From positions 18,178-82,177 of the forward strand of contig JBKHIY010000006.1 in assembly GCA_046538415.1 (NCBI GenBank): DNA of 64,000 nt, read 5' to 3'. This stretch comes from Candidatus Brocadiia bacterium (GTDB lineage Bacteria; Planctomycetota; PUPC01; DSUN01). The notes beneath the pieces are model-generated. The model ran no database searches. It had not been told where the DNA came from and was given only the letters and a program-made list of their open reading frames with translations. The position numbers and the translations under genes are program-made. Numbering within the stretch: the stretch's first letter is position 1; every line of letters begins with the position of its first letter. Shown here piece by piece: positions 19,373 through 29,132 of the stretch.

Positions 19373-20602
19373 GTGAGAGCCCACGCTGCTGTCGCCATCC
19401 TCCTGCTATGCCTGGGCCCGCTGGCGCGCACCGCGCAGTCGGGCAGCATCTGGCCCCGCTTCCGAGGCCCCAACGGCGAGGGGATCGCCGAGGCGCCGGG
19501 CCTGCCCACTCGATGGACGGAGGCCGACTACGACTGGCGGGTCGAGCTTCCCGCCATCGGGCATTCCTCGCCCGTCGTCTGGGGCGACCGCATCTTCGTG
19601 ACCGCCGGCGACAGCAAGAACGCCACCCGCTACGTCCTGTGCATCCGGGGGGCCGACGGCAGCGTCCTCTGGACCCGACGCTACGACTCCAAGCCGCACC
19701 GCCTGAACCGCGACAACAGCTACGCCACGTCCACCCCCGCTCTCGACGCCCAGCGGGCCTACGTCTACTGGGCGACGCCCCGGGAGGTGACCCTCCTGGC
19801 CCTCCGCCACGACGGTCGCGAAGCCTGGCGGCGCGACCTGGGGCCGTTCGATAGCCAGCACGGAAGCGGCGTCTCCCCCATTGTCCACGACGGTCTCGTG
19901 ATCGTGCCCAACGATCAGAAGGGCGAGAGCTCGCTCATCGCACTCGACTGCCAGAGCGGCGCCACGCGATGGAAGGTGCCGCGCAAGGGGGGCAAGGCCG
20001 CCTATGCCACGCCCTGCGTCTACCGACCCCAGGGCGGCCCGCCCGAGCTCATCTTCTTCAGCACCGAGCAGGGGATCACCAGCGTAGACCCCCGTTCGGG
20101 GGAGGTGAACTGGCAGTTCGCCAGCGCCTTCCCCCTGCGGGTGGTGGCCTCGCCGGTGGTGGCCTCGGGGCTGATCGTGGGCACTTGCGGGGTGGGAGGC
20201 AGCGGGCGGCGGTTCGTGGCCGTGCGCCCGGGGCCGAAGCCGGAGCTGGTCTACGAGTTCAGGCGGCGCGTCCCCTACGTGCCCACGCCGGTGACCCGCG
20301 GCGACCTGCTCTTTCTGTGCACGGATAGCGGCACGGCGACGTGTCTCCGCGCTCCCACGGGCGAGGTGGTGTGGCAGGAGTCGCTGGGAGAGAAGTTCTA
20401 CGGCTCGTTCGTCCGCGTGGGGGACCGGCTCTACATTATGTCGCGGAAGGGCTCTGTGTACGTCTTGGCGGCGAGCGAGAAGTTCGAGCTGCTGGCCAAG
20501 AACCCACTGGGGGAGGGCAGCTTCGCCACGCCCGTGGTCGTGGATGGCAAGATGTTCCTTCGCACCTTCTCCCACCTGATGTCCATCGGCAGCAAGCAGT
20601 AG
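19373..20602 (+). CDS. Secreted PQQ-like (BamB-type) beta-propeller repeat protein
   Basis: GTG at 19373 after AGAGGAG. Signal peptide AILLLCLGPLARTAQS. Repeated motifs of the type SSPVVWGDRIFVTAGD / ATPCVY / ASPVVASGLIVGT / TPVVVDGKMFLRT. The upstream part of track ORF 19007..20602 is non-coding-like. Confidence 0.75.
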   Translation: MRAHAAVAILLLCLGPLARTAQSGSIWPRFRGPNGEGIAEAPGLPTRWTEADYDWRVELPAIGHSSPVVWGDRIFVTAGDSKNATRYVLCIRGADGSVLWTRRYDSKPHRLNRDNSYATSTPALDAQRAYVYWATPREVTLLALRHDGREAWRRDLGPFDSQHGSGVSPIVHDGLVIVPNDQKGESSLIALDCQSGATRWKVPRKGGKAAYATPCVYRPQGGPPELIFFSTEQGITSVDPRSGEVNWQFASAFPLRVVASPVVASGLIVGTCGVGGSGRRFVAVRPGPKPELVYEFRRRVPYVPTPVTRGDLLFLCTDSGTATCLRAPTGEVVWQESLGEKFYGSFVRVGDRLYIMSRKGSVYVLAASEKFELLAKNPLGEGSFATPVVVDGKMFLRTFSHLMSIGSKQ

Positions 20603-20608
20603 CCGGGG

Positions 20609-21397
20609 CTAGGACTGTCGCTGGCACCTCGGGCAGAAGTAGGCGGTGCGTCCGCCGAACTTGATGTCCTGCAGCCCGGCGCCGCAGCGGGGGCACTTGC
20701 CCCCGGGCTCCCGGTGGGCGAGCACGTAGCCACCGGGCAGGCCCCTGGAGTGGACGATGCAGTCGATCAGCGCCTCCAGCACCGCCTTCATCTTCTCGTA
20801 GAGGGTCCGTAGCTTGCGCGAGCCGACACGGTCAAGCGTCTCGCGAGGATGGAGCCGGGCCTGGAAGAGCAGTTCGTCGGTCACCAGGTTTCCCAGCCCG
20901 GCGACGACTTTCTGATTCATCAGCGTGGACTTGGCCATTCCCCGCCGCGCGGCGAGGATGTCACGGAACGTCTGGAAGCTCACCTCCAGGGCGTCGGGGC
21001 CCACTTCTTTGCTTCGCAGGTAACCCTCTTCGTCCTTCGTCAGGCTGGCCAAGCCGAGCTTGCGCTGGCAGTCGAAGGACAGGTGGTAGCCGTCGGCGAA
21101 GCGGAGCAGGAGCCTCGAATGCGACGGCTCGCCCGTGGGGTCCTTGAAGGACACCGGCTTGCCCGTCATCCCGAAGTGGAGGACCAGGGAGGCCCCCCCG
21201 TCGCTGCGCACGAACAGGAACTTGCCGTGCCGCCGCGTGCCGCACAGCCTGTGGCCGCGGAGAGCCCCTCCCAGGCGCTGGGGGGAGACGCCCTCCAGGA
21301 TCTCGCGCGTCCGCACGCGCACGCTTTCGATGGGCTTGTGCAGTGAGGTGAATTCGACGTAGCGGGCGAAGGATTCGACATCGGGGAGCTCGGGCAC
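20609..21397 (-). CDS. mutM: Formamidopyrimidine-DNA glycosylase (Fpg/MutM/Nei family)
   Basis: GTG start giving VPELPDVE (canonical PELPEVE catalytic N-terminus) with AAGGAGAG upstream. H2TH region; C-terminal zinc finger CPRCGAGL...FCPRCQ. Confidence 0.85.
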   Translation of the reverse strand: MPELPDVESFARYVEFTSLHKPIESVRVRTREILEGVSPQRLGGALRGHRLCGTRRHGKFLFVRSDGGASLVLHFGMTGKPVSFKDPTGEPSHSRLLLRFADGYHLSFDCQRKLGLASLTKDEEGYLRSKEVGPDALEVSFQTFRDILAARRGMAKSTLMNQKVVAGLGNLVTDELLFQARLHPRETLDRVGSRKLRTLYEKMKAVLEALIDCIVHSRGLPGGYVLAHREPGGKCPRCGAGLQDIKFGGRTAYFCPRCQRQS

Positions 21398-21518
21398 GAA
21401 ACTCTCCTTGGATGCGTGGTGGATCGGCTTTCGCGCCGAGTCTGGTCCCGTCGAGGCGCCTTGTACGATAGTAGTGCTGGGCGAAGGCGGGCGCAAGTGC
21501 GGCCGCAGCGCGTGGGGA

Positions 21519-21548
21519 TTTGACGGGATGACTCGGCGGAAGGTAGAA
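21519..21548 (+). promoter_or_regulatory. Sigma70-like promoter, TTGACG-18-TAGAAT, upstream of the ccsA-like/hemA genes
   Basis: Hexamers at 21519-21524 and 21543-21548 in the divergent region between mutM and the hem genes. Confidence 0.4.
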
Positions 21549-21630
21549 TCCTTTCTTAACATGCGGGCCGGCTGTGGAGTCCGCCCTGGCCGAAGCCCGT
21601 GACCACGCGAGGGCACAGGAGATAGAGGCG

Positions 21631-22497
21631 ATGAGCTCCCTCGAGACGGGGTTGATGGCCGTCGCGACGGGCTTGTATGCCCTGCATGCGGTGCTCACCG
21701 TCCGCCGTGCCCTGCGGCTGGGCGAGGGCCGGCCGCTGGAGCGGTGGGGGCCCGTCGTGGCCGCCATGGCCTTGCACACGGCATTCCTGGTAAGCCGCAG
21801 CGTGGCGGCCCGGGGTCTGCCGGTGAGCAGTCGGCTGGGCAGCGTGGCCCTGTTCCTGTGGGTGACGGCGGTCCTCTACCTGGCTGCGGGGCGCCCGTAT
21901 CGGCTGGAGGGGGCGGCAGTGGTGGTCTGGCCGCTGTATGCCCTGGGGCTGGTGGGGATGTGGGCGCTGGCCAGCCGCGAACCGATGCAGCGTGTCTCCC
22001 TCGCGCAGTTCTGGCTGGTCCTCCACCTGGTGCCTGTGTACGCCGGGTACGCGGGTTTTGCGGTCGCTGCGGGGGCCGGGCTTACCTACTTGGTTCAGGA
22101 GCGCCTGCTGCGGGGCAAGGGGGGGCGGGCGTTGTGGCGGAAGCTTCCTGCGCTGGAGACCCTCGAGCGCGTGGACTGGGCGGCGCTGTCGCTGGGGTTC
22201 CCCGCTTTGACCCTTGGCCTCGTGGCAGGTGCCGTGTGGGCCGAGGAAAGCTCCGAGCTGCTGGGCCGGGGCTGGTACGCCGACCCCAAGGTGGTGGGGG
22301 GCTTCGTGGTGTGGGGCTTCTACGCGGCGGTGCTCCACGTGCGCCTCATGGCCCGTCTGCGGGGGCGGCGTGCGGCGTGGCTCACCATTGCCGGCTTCGT
22401 GCTCACGCTGGCGACGTTTGTCGCCTCGCACGCCTACGCCGCGACCCCCGAGTCCGCCCGTCCCTTTCCCTCGGGCACCGTGTCGGACGCGACATGA
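21631..22497 (+). CDS. Cytochrome c assembly protein family membrane protein (CcsA/HemX-like)
   Basis: Polytopic membrane protein with a WGxxWxWDPK-like segment (GRGWYADPKVVGGFVVWGFYAAVLH). The ATG at 21631 follows AGGAGA. It is coupled to hemA by an ATGA overlap, as in hemA-hemX arrangements. Confidence 0.75.
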   Translation: MSSLETGLMAVATGLYALHAVLTVRRALRLGEGRPLERWGPVVAAMALHTAFLVSRSVAARGLPVSSRLGSVALFLWVTAVLYLAAGRPYRLEGAAVVVWPLYALGLVGMWALASREPMQRVSLAQFWLVLHLVPVYAGYAGFAVAAGAGLTYLVQERLLRGKGGRALWRKLPALETLERVDWAALSLGFPALTLGLVAGAVWAEESSELLGRGWYADPKVVGGFVVWGFYAAVLHVRLMARLRGRRAAWLTIAGFVLTLATFVASHAYAATPESARPFPSGTVSDAT

Positions 22498-23753
22498 ACA
22501 TCCGCGTGGCTGGCCTGAACCATCGCACGGCGCCGGTCAAGGTGCGGGAGTCCCTGGCCTTCCCCCGCCACCGCGTGCCGGAGGCCCTGAGCGCCCTGAG
22601 GGCCGAGGACGACGTCGAGGAGGCCGTCGTCCTGTCCACCTGCAACCGCGTGGAAGTCTACGCCTGCGGCCTGGAGGGCCCCGGCGAGGGGGCCCTGCGC
22701 GACTTCCTGGCCAGCTTCCACGGGGTGTGGCCGGAGACCCTCGAGTCCCACCTCTACGAGCACGAGGGCGCCCAGGCTGTCGCCCACCTGTTCCGCGTGG
22801 CCAGCGGCCTGGACAGCATGGTGGTGGGCGAGGCTCAGGTGACGGGCCAGGTGCGCGAGGCCTACCGCGTGGCCTCGGAGGCCGGGGCGGCGGGACGCGT
22901 GTTCCACCGCCTCTTCCAGCAGGCCCTGGCCGCGGCGAAGCGGGTGCGCACCCGCACCGATGTGGCCGCGGGCCGTGCTTCCGTGGGCTCCGTGGCGGTG
23001 GACCTCGCGGAACGGATCTTCGAGTCGCTCTCCGAACGCACCGTGCTGGTGGTCGGCGCCGGAAAAATGGGCGAGACAGTGCTCCGCAGCCTCCGCGCCG
23101 CCGGCGCCCAGACCACCATGGTGGCCAACCGCACCTACGAGCGAGCACAGGCCCTGGCCAGGGAGTGCGGGGGCAGGGCGGTGCGCTTCGACGAGCTGGC
23201 TGCGCACCTGGGGCAAGCCGACATCGTCATCGCGTCGACCGACGCCCCGCACTACGTCCTCCGCCGTTCCCAGGTGGCCCAGGCCCTCGAGCAGCGACGA
23301 GGCCGCCCCCTGTTCCTCATCGACATCTCCGTGCCCCGGGACATCGAGCCCCAGGCGGCCGACCTCGAGGGCTGCTACCTCTACAACATTGACGACCTCC
23401 AGGCCGTGGTCGACGCCACCCTGGCTCGCCGCCGCCGCGAGCTGGGCCGCTGCGCCGACATCATCGACGAGGACGTGGACGCCTTCATGCAGTGGCTGGA
23501 GAGGCTGGAGGTAGGCCCCACCATCGCCGAGCTCTCCCAGCGCCTCCACGAACTGAAGCGGCGGGAACTCGACGATCTGCTCAATCGGGCCCCCCAGCTC
23601 GACGAAGCGGCCCGGGCCGAGGTCGAGCGGATGGCCAACCGCCTGGTCAACAAGATCCTCCACGAGCCCATCAAGACCCTCCGCCAGCCAACGGCCCGCC
23701 AGCGCTCGGAGAGCCTGCTCACGGCGGCGCTTCGCCTCTTCGGCCTGCGCTGA
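22494..23753 (+). CDS. hemA: Glutamyl-tRNA reductase
   Basis: MNIRVAGLNHRTAPVKVRE; catalytic STCNRVEVY; NADPH site VVGAGKMGE; C-terminal dimerisation helix. Confidence 0.95.
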   Translation: MNIRVAGLNHRTAPVKVRESLAFPRHRVPEALSALRAEDDVEEAVVLSTCNRVEVYACGLEGPGEGALRDFLASFHGVWPETLESHLYEHEGAQAVAHLFRVASGLDSMVVGEAQVTGQVREAYRVASEAGAAGRVFHRLFQQALAAAKRVRTRTDVAAGRASVGSVAVDLAERIFESLSERTVLVVGAGKMGETVLRSLRAAGAQTTMVANRTYERAQALARECGGRAVRFDELAAHLGQADIVIASTDAPHYVLRRSQVAQALEQRRGRPLFLIDISVPRDIEPQAADLEGCYLYNIDDLQAVVDATLARRRRELGRCADIIDEDVDAFMQWLERLEVGPTIAELSQRLHELKRRELDDLLNRAPQLDEAARAEVERMANRLVNKILHEPIKTLRQPTARQRSESLLTAALRLFGLR

Positions 23754-23765
23754 GCGGGACGGCCG

Positions 23766-26700
23766 TCATGGCCTCTCGAGAGAGAGGCCCGCGGCGGCCA
23801 GGTCGGCCAGCACCCGCGGCCCGCACCGGTAGTACATCGAAAAGCCCTTGCCATAGGCGCTGCCGTGGGCCGCCAGGGGCAGGGCCTCCACCAGCACCCG
23901 CCGAAAGCGCGCGTCCCGCGTCCACAGGTAGGCGCGGGCGATGCCCTCCACCATGAGCGGCGTGGCTCCAGGCCGATACCTTGTCTGCGGGCAGGAGGTG
24001 TAGCGGAAGCCCTTGACCTCGTCGCTGTAGCATTCGTCGAGCAGGTAGTGGGCGCCCCGGATGAGGGCCTCCTTGGCCCGCGGGTCGCCCGTGGCGTCGT
24101 GGTAGTACTTCAGCCCGGAGAGCAGGATGGCGACCATGAAGCCGGCGTTGCCCCGGTGTCGGGGCTCGCAGCGGCAGTGGCCGGGCCGCATCATTCGCGA
24201 CCAGCCGCCCACCTGGAAGGGCTTTCGCCCCTCGCGTTGGTGCTCGGGCAGGGGGCGGGGCTCGACGTCCTGAGCGGCCAGCACGCGCTCGACGATCACG
24301 CGCGCGGCGTTCAGGTAGTAGGGGTCGCAGGTCGCCGAGTAGGCGGCCATGTGCATGATCAGGTGCCAGCCGGGGGTGCGGCACACGCGGAAGTCGTAGG
24401 GGCGGGCGAGCTGTTTGCGGATGAAGAAGTCGGCGATGGCCAGAGCGGCGTCGCGGGAGCGTCGGTCGCCGGTCAGGAAGTAGTGGTCCAAGTGGCCCTC
24501 CACCCACGCGTGGCTCACGGTGAAGCCCGCCCGGGGGATGCCCAGGGTGCCGGGGGGCGCCTTCTGATAGTAGCCTCCCACGTGGCCCATCTGGTGGACG
24601 TAGACGGCCCCCACCTGCTTGCCCTCGGGGCTCCAGTGGACGGTGTCGACGTCGCGGCTGTGGAGCTCGGCGGCCTCGGCGAGGAAGAAGGCGTCGGGGT
24701 TGGCCGAGCGGATGTACTCGAGGAAGAGGGCGTGCTGGGTGTCGTACTCGATGTTGCCCCAATTGGCGCCTCGCTCGCCGTACCAGTCGCCGTAGTTGAG
24801 CATGCCGTAATCGTCCTGGCGCTCCCGCCGCTGGGCGTAGGCCTCGAGGTTGCGGTCGATGGCTTGCTCGTAGAGCGGGAAGCGGTCGGCGTCGCGGGGA
24901 CGGACGTCGTAGAAGGCGCCGCTGCTGCAATACCACTCGGGCGGTGCCGTGGCGAGTAGGGGCCGCTGGAAGAGGGCGCAGTACTGCTCTCGCTTCTCGG
25001 GGTCAGGCTCGAAGCACAGGAGGATGTCGTGGGTCTTCGCCACGCCGCGCTTGAGCTTGTAGTGGCCATCGAGCAGGTAGTAGTAGAGATGGTGACCTTC
25101 CTTCTCGAAGGGGAACGCGTCGTAGAACCCTGTGTCGAAGGCGGGGCAGAGCTCGACGCGCAGGCCGTCGGGTTGCAGGGAGAAGCCCTTGGGGTAGTTC
25201 TGCCAGAAGTCGCGGACCGCGACGGCGACGCCCACGCGGCCATGGTGCAGGGCCGCGCCGACGACCCGTCCCTTGGCCGCGGTCTCCCGGCCTTTCCGGG
25301 TGGTCGTGTACTCGTTGTCCAGCCGCTGGCCCAGCGCCAGGGTCGCTGTGTCGAGTGCCGCGGCCCCGCCTCCGGCCAACGGGATGCGCCAGCGCCCGCC
25401 GTTGAGGGGAATGGGCACTCGGTAGGCCAGCTCTTCGATCTCGGTGAAGGTCGCGGGCCGGTCGACGATCAACGTGTGGCGGACGACCACAATGGGCAGG
25501 CCACGAAAGGCTTCGACGCGCTGCTCGAGGCGCAGCAGGCGGCCGCCGTCGGGACCGACCAAGTGAGACACGGTGGCGAGCTGCGCGCGATTGGGGCCGG
25601 CCTCGCAGACGCGGATCGCTTCTCCCTGGCTGTCGCGGTAGACCGCGCCACCGGCGTCCTTGGCCACGGTCTCGAAGGCTGCGTGCGGCGGCAGGAGCGG
25701 TTCGCCGTCGCGAGCTACAGGGCTGATGCTCCCGTCAGGGTGGACCGTGAGGACCAGCGGCCCGGTGCGCATATCGATGGGCGCGGGGTCGGCCCGGGAT
25801 GCCGGGTGATCTTCGACGGACAGGCCTCTGGCCTTCCCGGCCCGGTGTACACGGCGACCGTATTCGAGCCGGTAGACGCTGGCGCCACTGGCCGGCGCGC
25901 GGGCAAGGAAGTCGAGGAGAATCCACTTCACGCTGCCATCCGGCCAGCGGGCGGCGAGGCGCACCTGCGCGGGGTGTTCGCCATCGTCGCCGAGGAGTCG
26001 CACGTGGTCGAGGCTGGCCAGCTCGCCCTGGGGGAAGGGGATGCCGGTGGTCACGGGCCAGCTCTCGACAGCGAAGGGATGGCAGTTGCGGACCGTAAGC
26101 GGCACCGTCGCGGTGGCGGAGGGCGACTTGGGCGGCGCGGGTGGTCGGGCGCGGAAGGCGAAGTCGTCGCCGCGGAAGGGCTCGCCGTCGCGACTCGTGC
26201 CCACCGCTCGGGCGTGATACTCGGTCTCGGGGTCCAGGCCGCCCAGCACGGCGCGATGCACCAGGCACGGGGTCTCGCGGACGTACTCCCGGCCGTAGCG
26301 GGTGCTCTCGCCGTAGTGGAGCAGGGTGGGGCAGGGCCATGTGGTCGTCCAGGACAGGGTCACGGCGCCCGGCTCGTCGGGGTGCGCCCTGGCGGTCATA
26401 TGCTCGACGGCGTACCGGATGGTGCGGGCCTCGGGCGGTCTGGGAAGGAAGAGGAGGTTGATGATGCCATGGGAGCCACCGGGGCCGGCGGCGCGGAGCT
26501 CGACGCGTTCGCCGCCTCGGAAATCGTGCGGCTGGCGCAGCCAGTAGAGCCAGGTGCGGTTGTTGTCCTGGTTGGCGACGGCCACGCCGCGAAGCTCGCC
26601 GTCGATGTAGAGGGCCACGCGGCCGACGCGGCCATGGTCGTCGTACATCATGAAGCCCGCGTGGTAGCGTCCCGCGACAGGCGCTGCGGCCCAGGCGGTG

Positions 26701-27551
26701 GCGTTGGAGCGTTCGAGCTTGAGGTGGGGCCAGCGGCGCGAGGTGAAGCGGTCGATGGCGAAGCCGTCGAGCTGGAGCTCGTCGTGGCGCACCTCGACGA
26801 CGCCCTCGCGGCGCCGGATGCGCCGGAGGCGGTGGATGCCGAAGGTCGCGTCGACGGCAAAGTTCTCGGTGTAGTCGCGGGGCCTCAGGATCTTGGGCTG
26901 GTCGGAGAGAGGGATGCCGTCGATGCGGGTCTTGGGGCAGGAATCGGTCATCGACGGGCGCTGCCCGCCCTCGGTAGCGGTGTGGCACAGGACGTAGAGC
27001 GCATAGTGGACCCCTTCGCCGTCACGCCCCAGCGAAAGGTCGGCGGAGACCAGGAGCGACTTCCCCTGGGCGACGTGGGTCACGGTGGGGCCGGGGGCAG
27101 TGGACCCGTCGGCCAGGTAGTGGCGCGACCAGCTGCGGCCAGCGGAGAAGCTGAGCATATAGTCGGTGCCGTAGTAGGCCGCCCGGGGGGAGCCCTTGCG
27201 GCCCGTGTCGGCGTCGGCATCCGCGTCCACGTAGAGGTGGAACACCGTGTCGGCGGGCCGGGGCGGGGCGGCGAAGGTGGCGCGCCACAGGTAGCGGTCG
27301 CCGCCAACGTGGGCGAAGTGGACCTCCAGGATGTCCTTCGTGGGGTCGTAGCCTTCCTGCTCGCGCCGCGCGGCCGGCTCCGGCCCGTCGCGGAAGATGA
27401 GATGGAGGTCCTCCCGACGCGCGGGGTCGGTGCCCAGGAGGCGCTCGGCCTCGTCGGGGATGCCGTCGCCATCGCCGTCCCCCGCCTCCGCGGCCCAGAG
27501 AGTGGTGGCGGCGACCAGCGGAAGGAGCAGCGGGGCAGCGCGTCTCGCCAT
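23766..27551 (-). CDS. Large secreted multidomain putative polysaccharide-active enzyme (FN3-like + PcRGLX/YetA-like + alpha/alpha-barrel), 1261 aa
   Basis: ORF 23766..27833 trimmed to the ATG at 27551 (signal MARRAAPLLLPLVAATTLWAAEA). GDGDGDGIPD calcium-type motif. FN3/PAP-like segment (TLSWTTTWPCPTLLHYGESTRYG...EYHARAVG). The segment WPVTTGIPFPQGELASLDHVRLLGDDGEHPAQVRLAARWPDGSVKWILLDF resembles the first domain of the PcRGLX/YetA family. C-terminal helical barrel with WVEGHLDHYFLTGDRRS. The family call is from memory and was not searched. Confidence 0.6.
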   Translation of the reverse strand: MARRAAPLLLPLVAATTLWAAEAGDGDGDGIPDEAERLLGTDPARREDLHLIFRDGPEPAARREQEGYDPTKDILEVHFAHVGGDRYLWRATFAAPPRPADTVFHLYVDADADADTGRKGSPRAAYYGTDYMLSFSAGRSWSRHYLADGSTAPGPTVTHVAQGKSLLVSADLSLGRDGEGVHYALYVLCHTATEGGQRPSMTDSCPKTRIDGIPLSDQPKILRPRDYTENFAVDATFGIHRLRRIRRREGVVEVRHDELQLDGFAIDRFTSRRWPHLKLERSNATAWAAAPVAGRYHAGFMMYDDHGRVGRVALYIDGELRGVAVANQDNNRTWLYWLRQPHDFRGGERVELRAAGPGGSHGIINLLFLPRPPEARTIRYAVEHMTARAHPDEPGAVTLSWTTTWPCPTLLHYGESTRYGREYVRETPCLVHRAVLGGLDPETEYHARAVGTSRDGEPFRGDDFAFRARPPAPPKSPSATATVPLTVRNCHPFAVESWPVTTGIPFPQGELASLDHVRLLGDDGEHPAQVRLAARWPDGSVKWILLDFLARAPASGASVYRLEYGRRVHRAGKARGLSVEDHPASRADPAPIDMRTGPLVLTVHPDGSISPVARDGEPLLPPHAAFETVAKDAGGAVYRDSQGEAIRVCEAGPNRAQLATVSHLVGPDGGRLLRLEQRVEAFRGLPIVVVRHTLIVDRPATFTEIEELAYRVPIPLNGGRWRIPLAGGGAAALDTATLALGQRLDNEYTTTRKGRETAAKGRVVGAALHHGRVGVAVAVRDFWQNYPKGFSLQPDGLRVELCPAFDTGFYDAFPFEKEGHHLYYYLLDGHYKLKRGVAKTHDILLCFEPDPEKREQYCALFQRPLLATAPPEWYCSSGAFYDVRPRDADRFPLYEQAIDRNLEAYAQRRERQDDYGMLNYGDWYGERGANWGNIEYDTQHALFLEYIRSANPDAFFLAEAAELHSRDVDTVHWSPEGKQVGAVYVHQMGHVGGYYQKAPPGTLGIPRAGFTVSHAWVEGHLDHYFLTGDRRSRDAALAIADFFIRKQLARPYDFRVCRTPGWHLIMHMAAYSATCDPYYLNAARVIVERVLAAQDVEPRPLPEHQREGRKPFQVGGWSRMMRPGHCRCEPRHRGNAGFMVAILLSGLKYYHDATGDPRAKEALIRGAHYLLDECYSDEVKGFRYTSCPQTRYRPGATPLMVEGIARAYLWTRDARFRRVLVEALPLAAHGSAYGKGFSMYYRCGPRVLADLAAAGLSLERP
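23770..23789. terminator. GC hairpin GGCCTCTC-GAGA-GAGAGGCC just past the hemA stop
   Basis: 8-bp perfect stem with a 4-nt loop, 17 nt downstream of the hemA stop. It lies inside the last codons of the convergent gene. No U-tract. Confidence 0.3.
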
Positions 27552-27639
27552 GGGGGTCTCTTTCGGCTGGGGAGCTTCCAGTGCGGCCCAGAGTAACACA
27601 CGGGCCGCCGCGGGGTCAACGTCCGTGGCCCGCCGACGC

Positions 27640-27668
27640 TTGACGGTTCGGGCGCCGAGATATAGGAT
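27640..27668 (+). promoter_or_regulatory. Sigma70-like promoter, TTGACG-17-TAGGAT, upstream of the sulfatase
   Basis: Hexamers at 27640-27645 and 27663-27668. The SD GGAAGGAGG follows at 27680-27688. Confidence 0.35.
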
Positions 27669-27693
27669 GGCGGCCCTCGGGAAGGAGGTCACG

Positions 27694-29052
27694 GTGGGGA
27701 AGCTTACGCGGCGCCGATTCGCCAAGCTCCTGGGCGCGGGCGCGGCGGCAGGCCTGGTGGCCCGTGGACTGAGCAGTGGAGAGCGCGGAATGGACGCCGA
27801 GCGACCGAATATCGTGTGGATATGGGCCGACAACCTGGCCTACCGCGACCTCGGCTGCTATGGCAGCCCGTCCATCCGCACCCCCCGGATCGACCGCCTG
27901 GCGGAGCAGGGCGTTCGGCTCACCCAGTACTACATCGCCCACGTGGTGTGCTCCCCGTCCCGGGCCGGCCTGCTCACCGGCCGGCAGCCCTTCCGCGTGG
28001 GGATCACCGACGTGCTTCGCCCCGACAGCCCCACGGGCATCCCCGACGAGGAGATCACCCTGGGCGAGGCCCTGGGCCGCCTGGGCTACGCCACCATGGC
28101 CATCGGCAAGTGGCACCTGGGCGACCGGCCCCAGCACCTGCCCACCCGCCACGGGTTCGACGGCTACTTCGGGCTGCCCTACTCGATGGACATGCTGCCC
28201 ACGATTCTCATCCGCGACGAGGAGATCATCGAGGAGCTGCCGGGCCGCGAGGTGGCGGACATCACGGAGCGCTACACCCGGGAGGCCATCGGCTTCGTGA
28301 CGGCCAACAAGGACCGCCCCTTCTTCCTCTACTTGTCCCACACCATCCCCCATCCGCCGCTGAACCTCCCCGAGCGGTGCCGCACCCCGGGCCGCAGTAT
28401 CTACGAGGACGCCATCGAGCATCTGGACGAGCAGATGGGCGTGCTGCTCGACGCCCTCGACCGCCTGGGCCTGGCGGAGCGGACCCTGGTGGTCTTCTCC
28501 TCCGACAATGGCCCAATGTCCAACGGCGGCGACACTGGCGGCCTGCGGGGACGCATCCGCTCCTCCTACGAGGGCGGCGTGCGGGTGCCCTTCGTCGCCC
28601 GCTTCCCCGGCCGGCTGCCCGAGGGGCGGACGGTGGACGTCCCGATGATCGCTTACGACGTGTTCCCCACCCTCGTGCACCTGGCAGGCGGTGAGGTGCC
28701 CGAAGACCGGGAGTACGACGGCCAGGACGTCTGGCCGGTGCTCACCGGCAAGGGCTCGCTCACCCGCCGGAAGCCCTTCGTGTGGGTCTACGACGACAAC
28801 GTGACCGCCATCCGGGAGGGACGCTGGAAGCTCCACCTGGGCCGGCGCAACAGGCCCCTCAAGACGCCGGAGCTCTACGACGTGGAGGCCGACCCCGGGG
28901 AATCGCGCGACCTCGCCGACCAGCACCCCGACGTGGCCCAGCGCTTGCGGCGCAAGGCCCTCGAGTTCCAGAAGCAGGTGCCTACCGTCTGGCAAGTGAA
29001 GTACCCCGTGCGCGACCCCCGCAAGGCCGACGGCGGCATCCGGCGGAAGTGA
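27694..29052 (+). CDS. TAT-signal arylsulfatase (formylglycine-dependent, S1 family)
   Basis: GTG at 27694 after GGAAGGAGG. TRRRFAKLLGAGAAAG twin-arginine signal. Sulfatase signature CSPSRAGLLTGR; GKWHLG motif. Confidence 0.9.
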   Translation: MGKLTRRRFAKLLGAGAAAGLVARGLSSGERGMDAERPNIVWIWADNLAYRDLGCYGSPSIRTPRIDRLAEQGVRLTQYYIAHVVCSPSRAGLLTGRQPFRVGITDVLRPDSPTGIPDEEITLGEALGRLGYATMAIGKWHLGDRPQHLPTRHGFDGYFGLPYSMDMLPTILIRDEEIIEELPGREVADITERYTREAIGFVTANKDRPFFLYLSHTIPHPPLNLPERCRTPGRSIYEDAIEHLDEQMGVLLDALDRLGLAERTLVVFSSDNGPMSNGGDTGGLRGRIRSSYEGGVRVPFVARFPGRLPEGRTVDVPMIAYDVFPTLVHLAGGEVPEDREYDGQDVWPVLTGKGSLTRRKPFVWVYDDNVTAIREGRWKLHLGRRNRPLKTPELYDVEADPGESRDLADQHPDVAQRLRRKALEFQKQVPTVWQVKYPVRDPRKADGGIRRK

Positions 29053-29132
29053 CCCCCACCCCGCTTTCGCATGACCGCCGGTATCGCTACAATGGGGCGC
29101 GACCCCCCGATGGAGGAATCGCTCGCTCGTCC

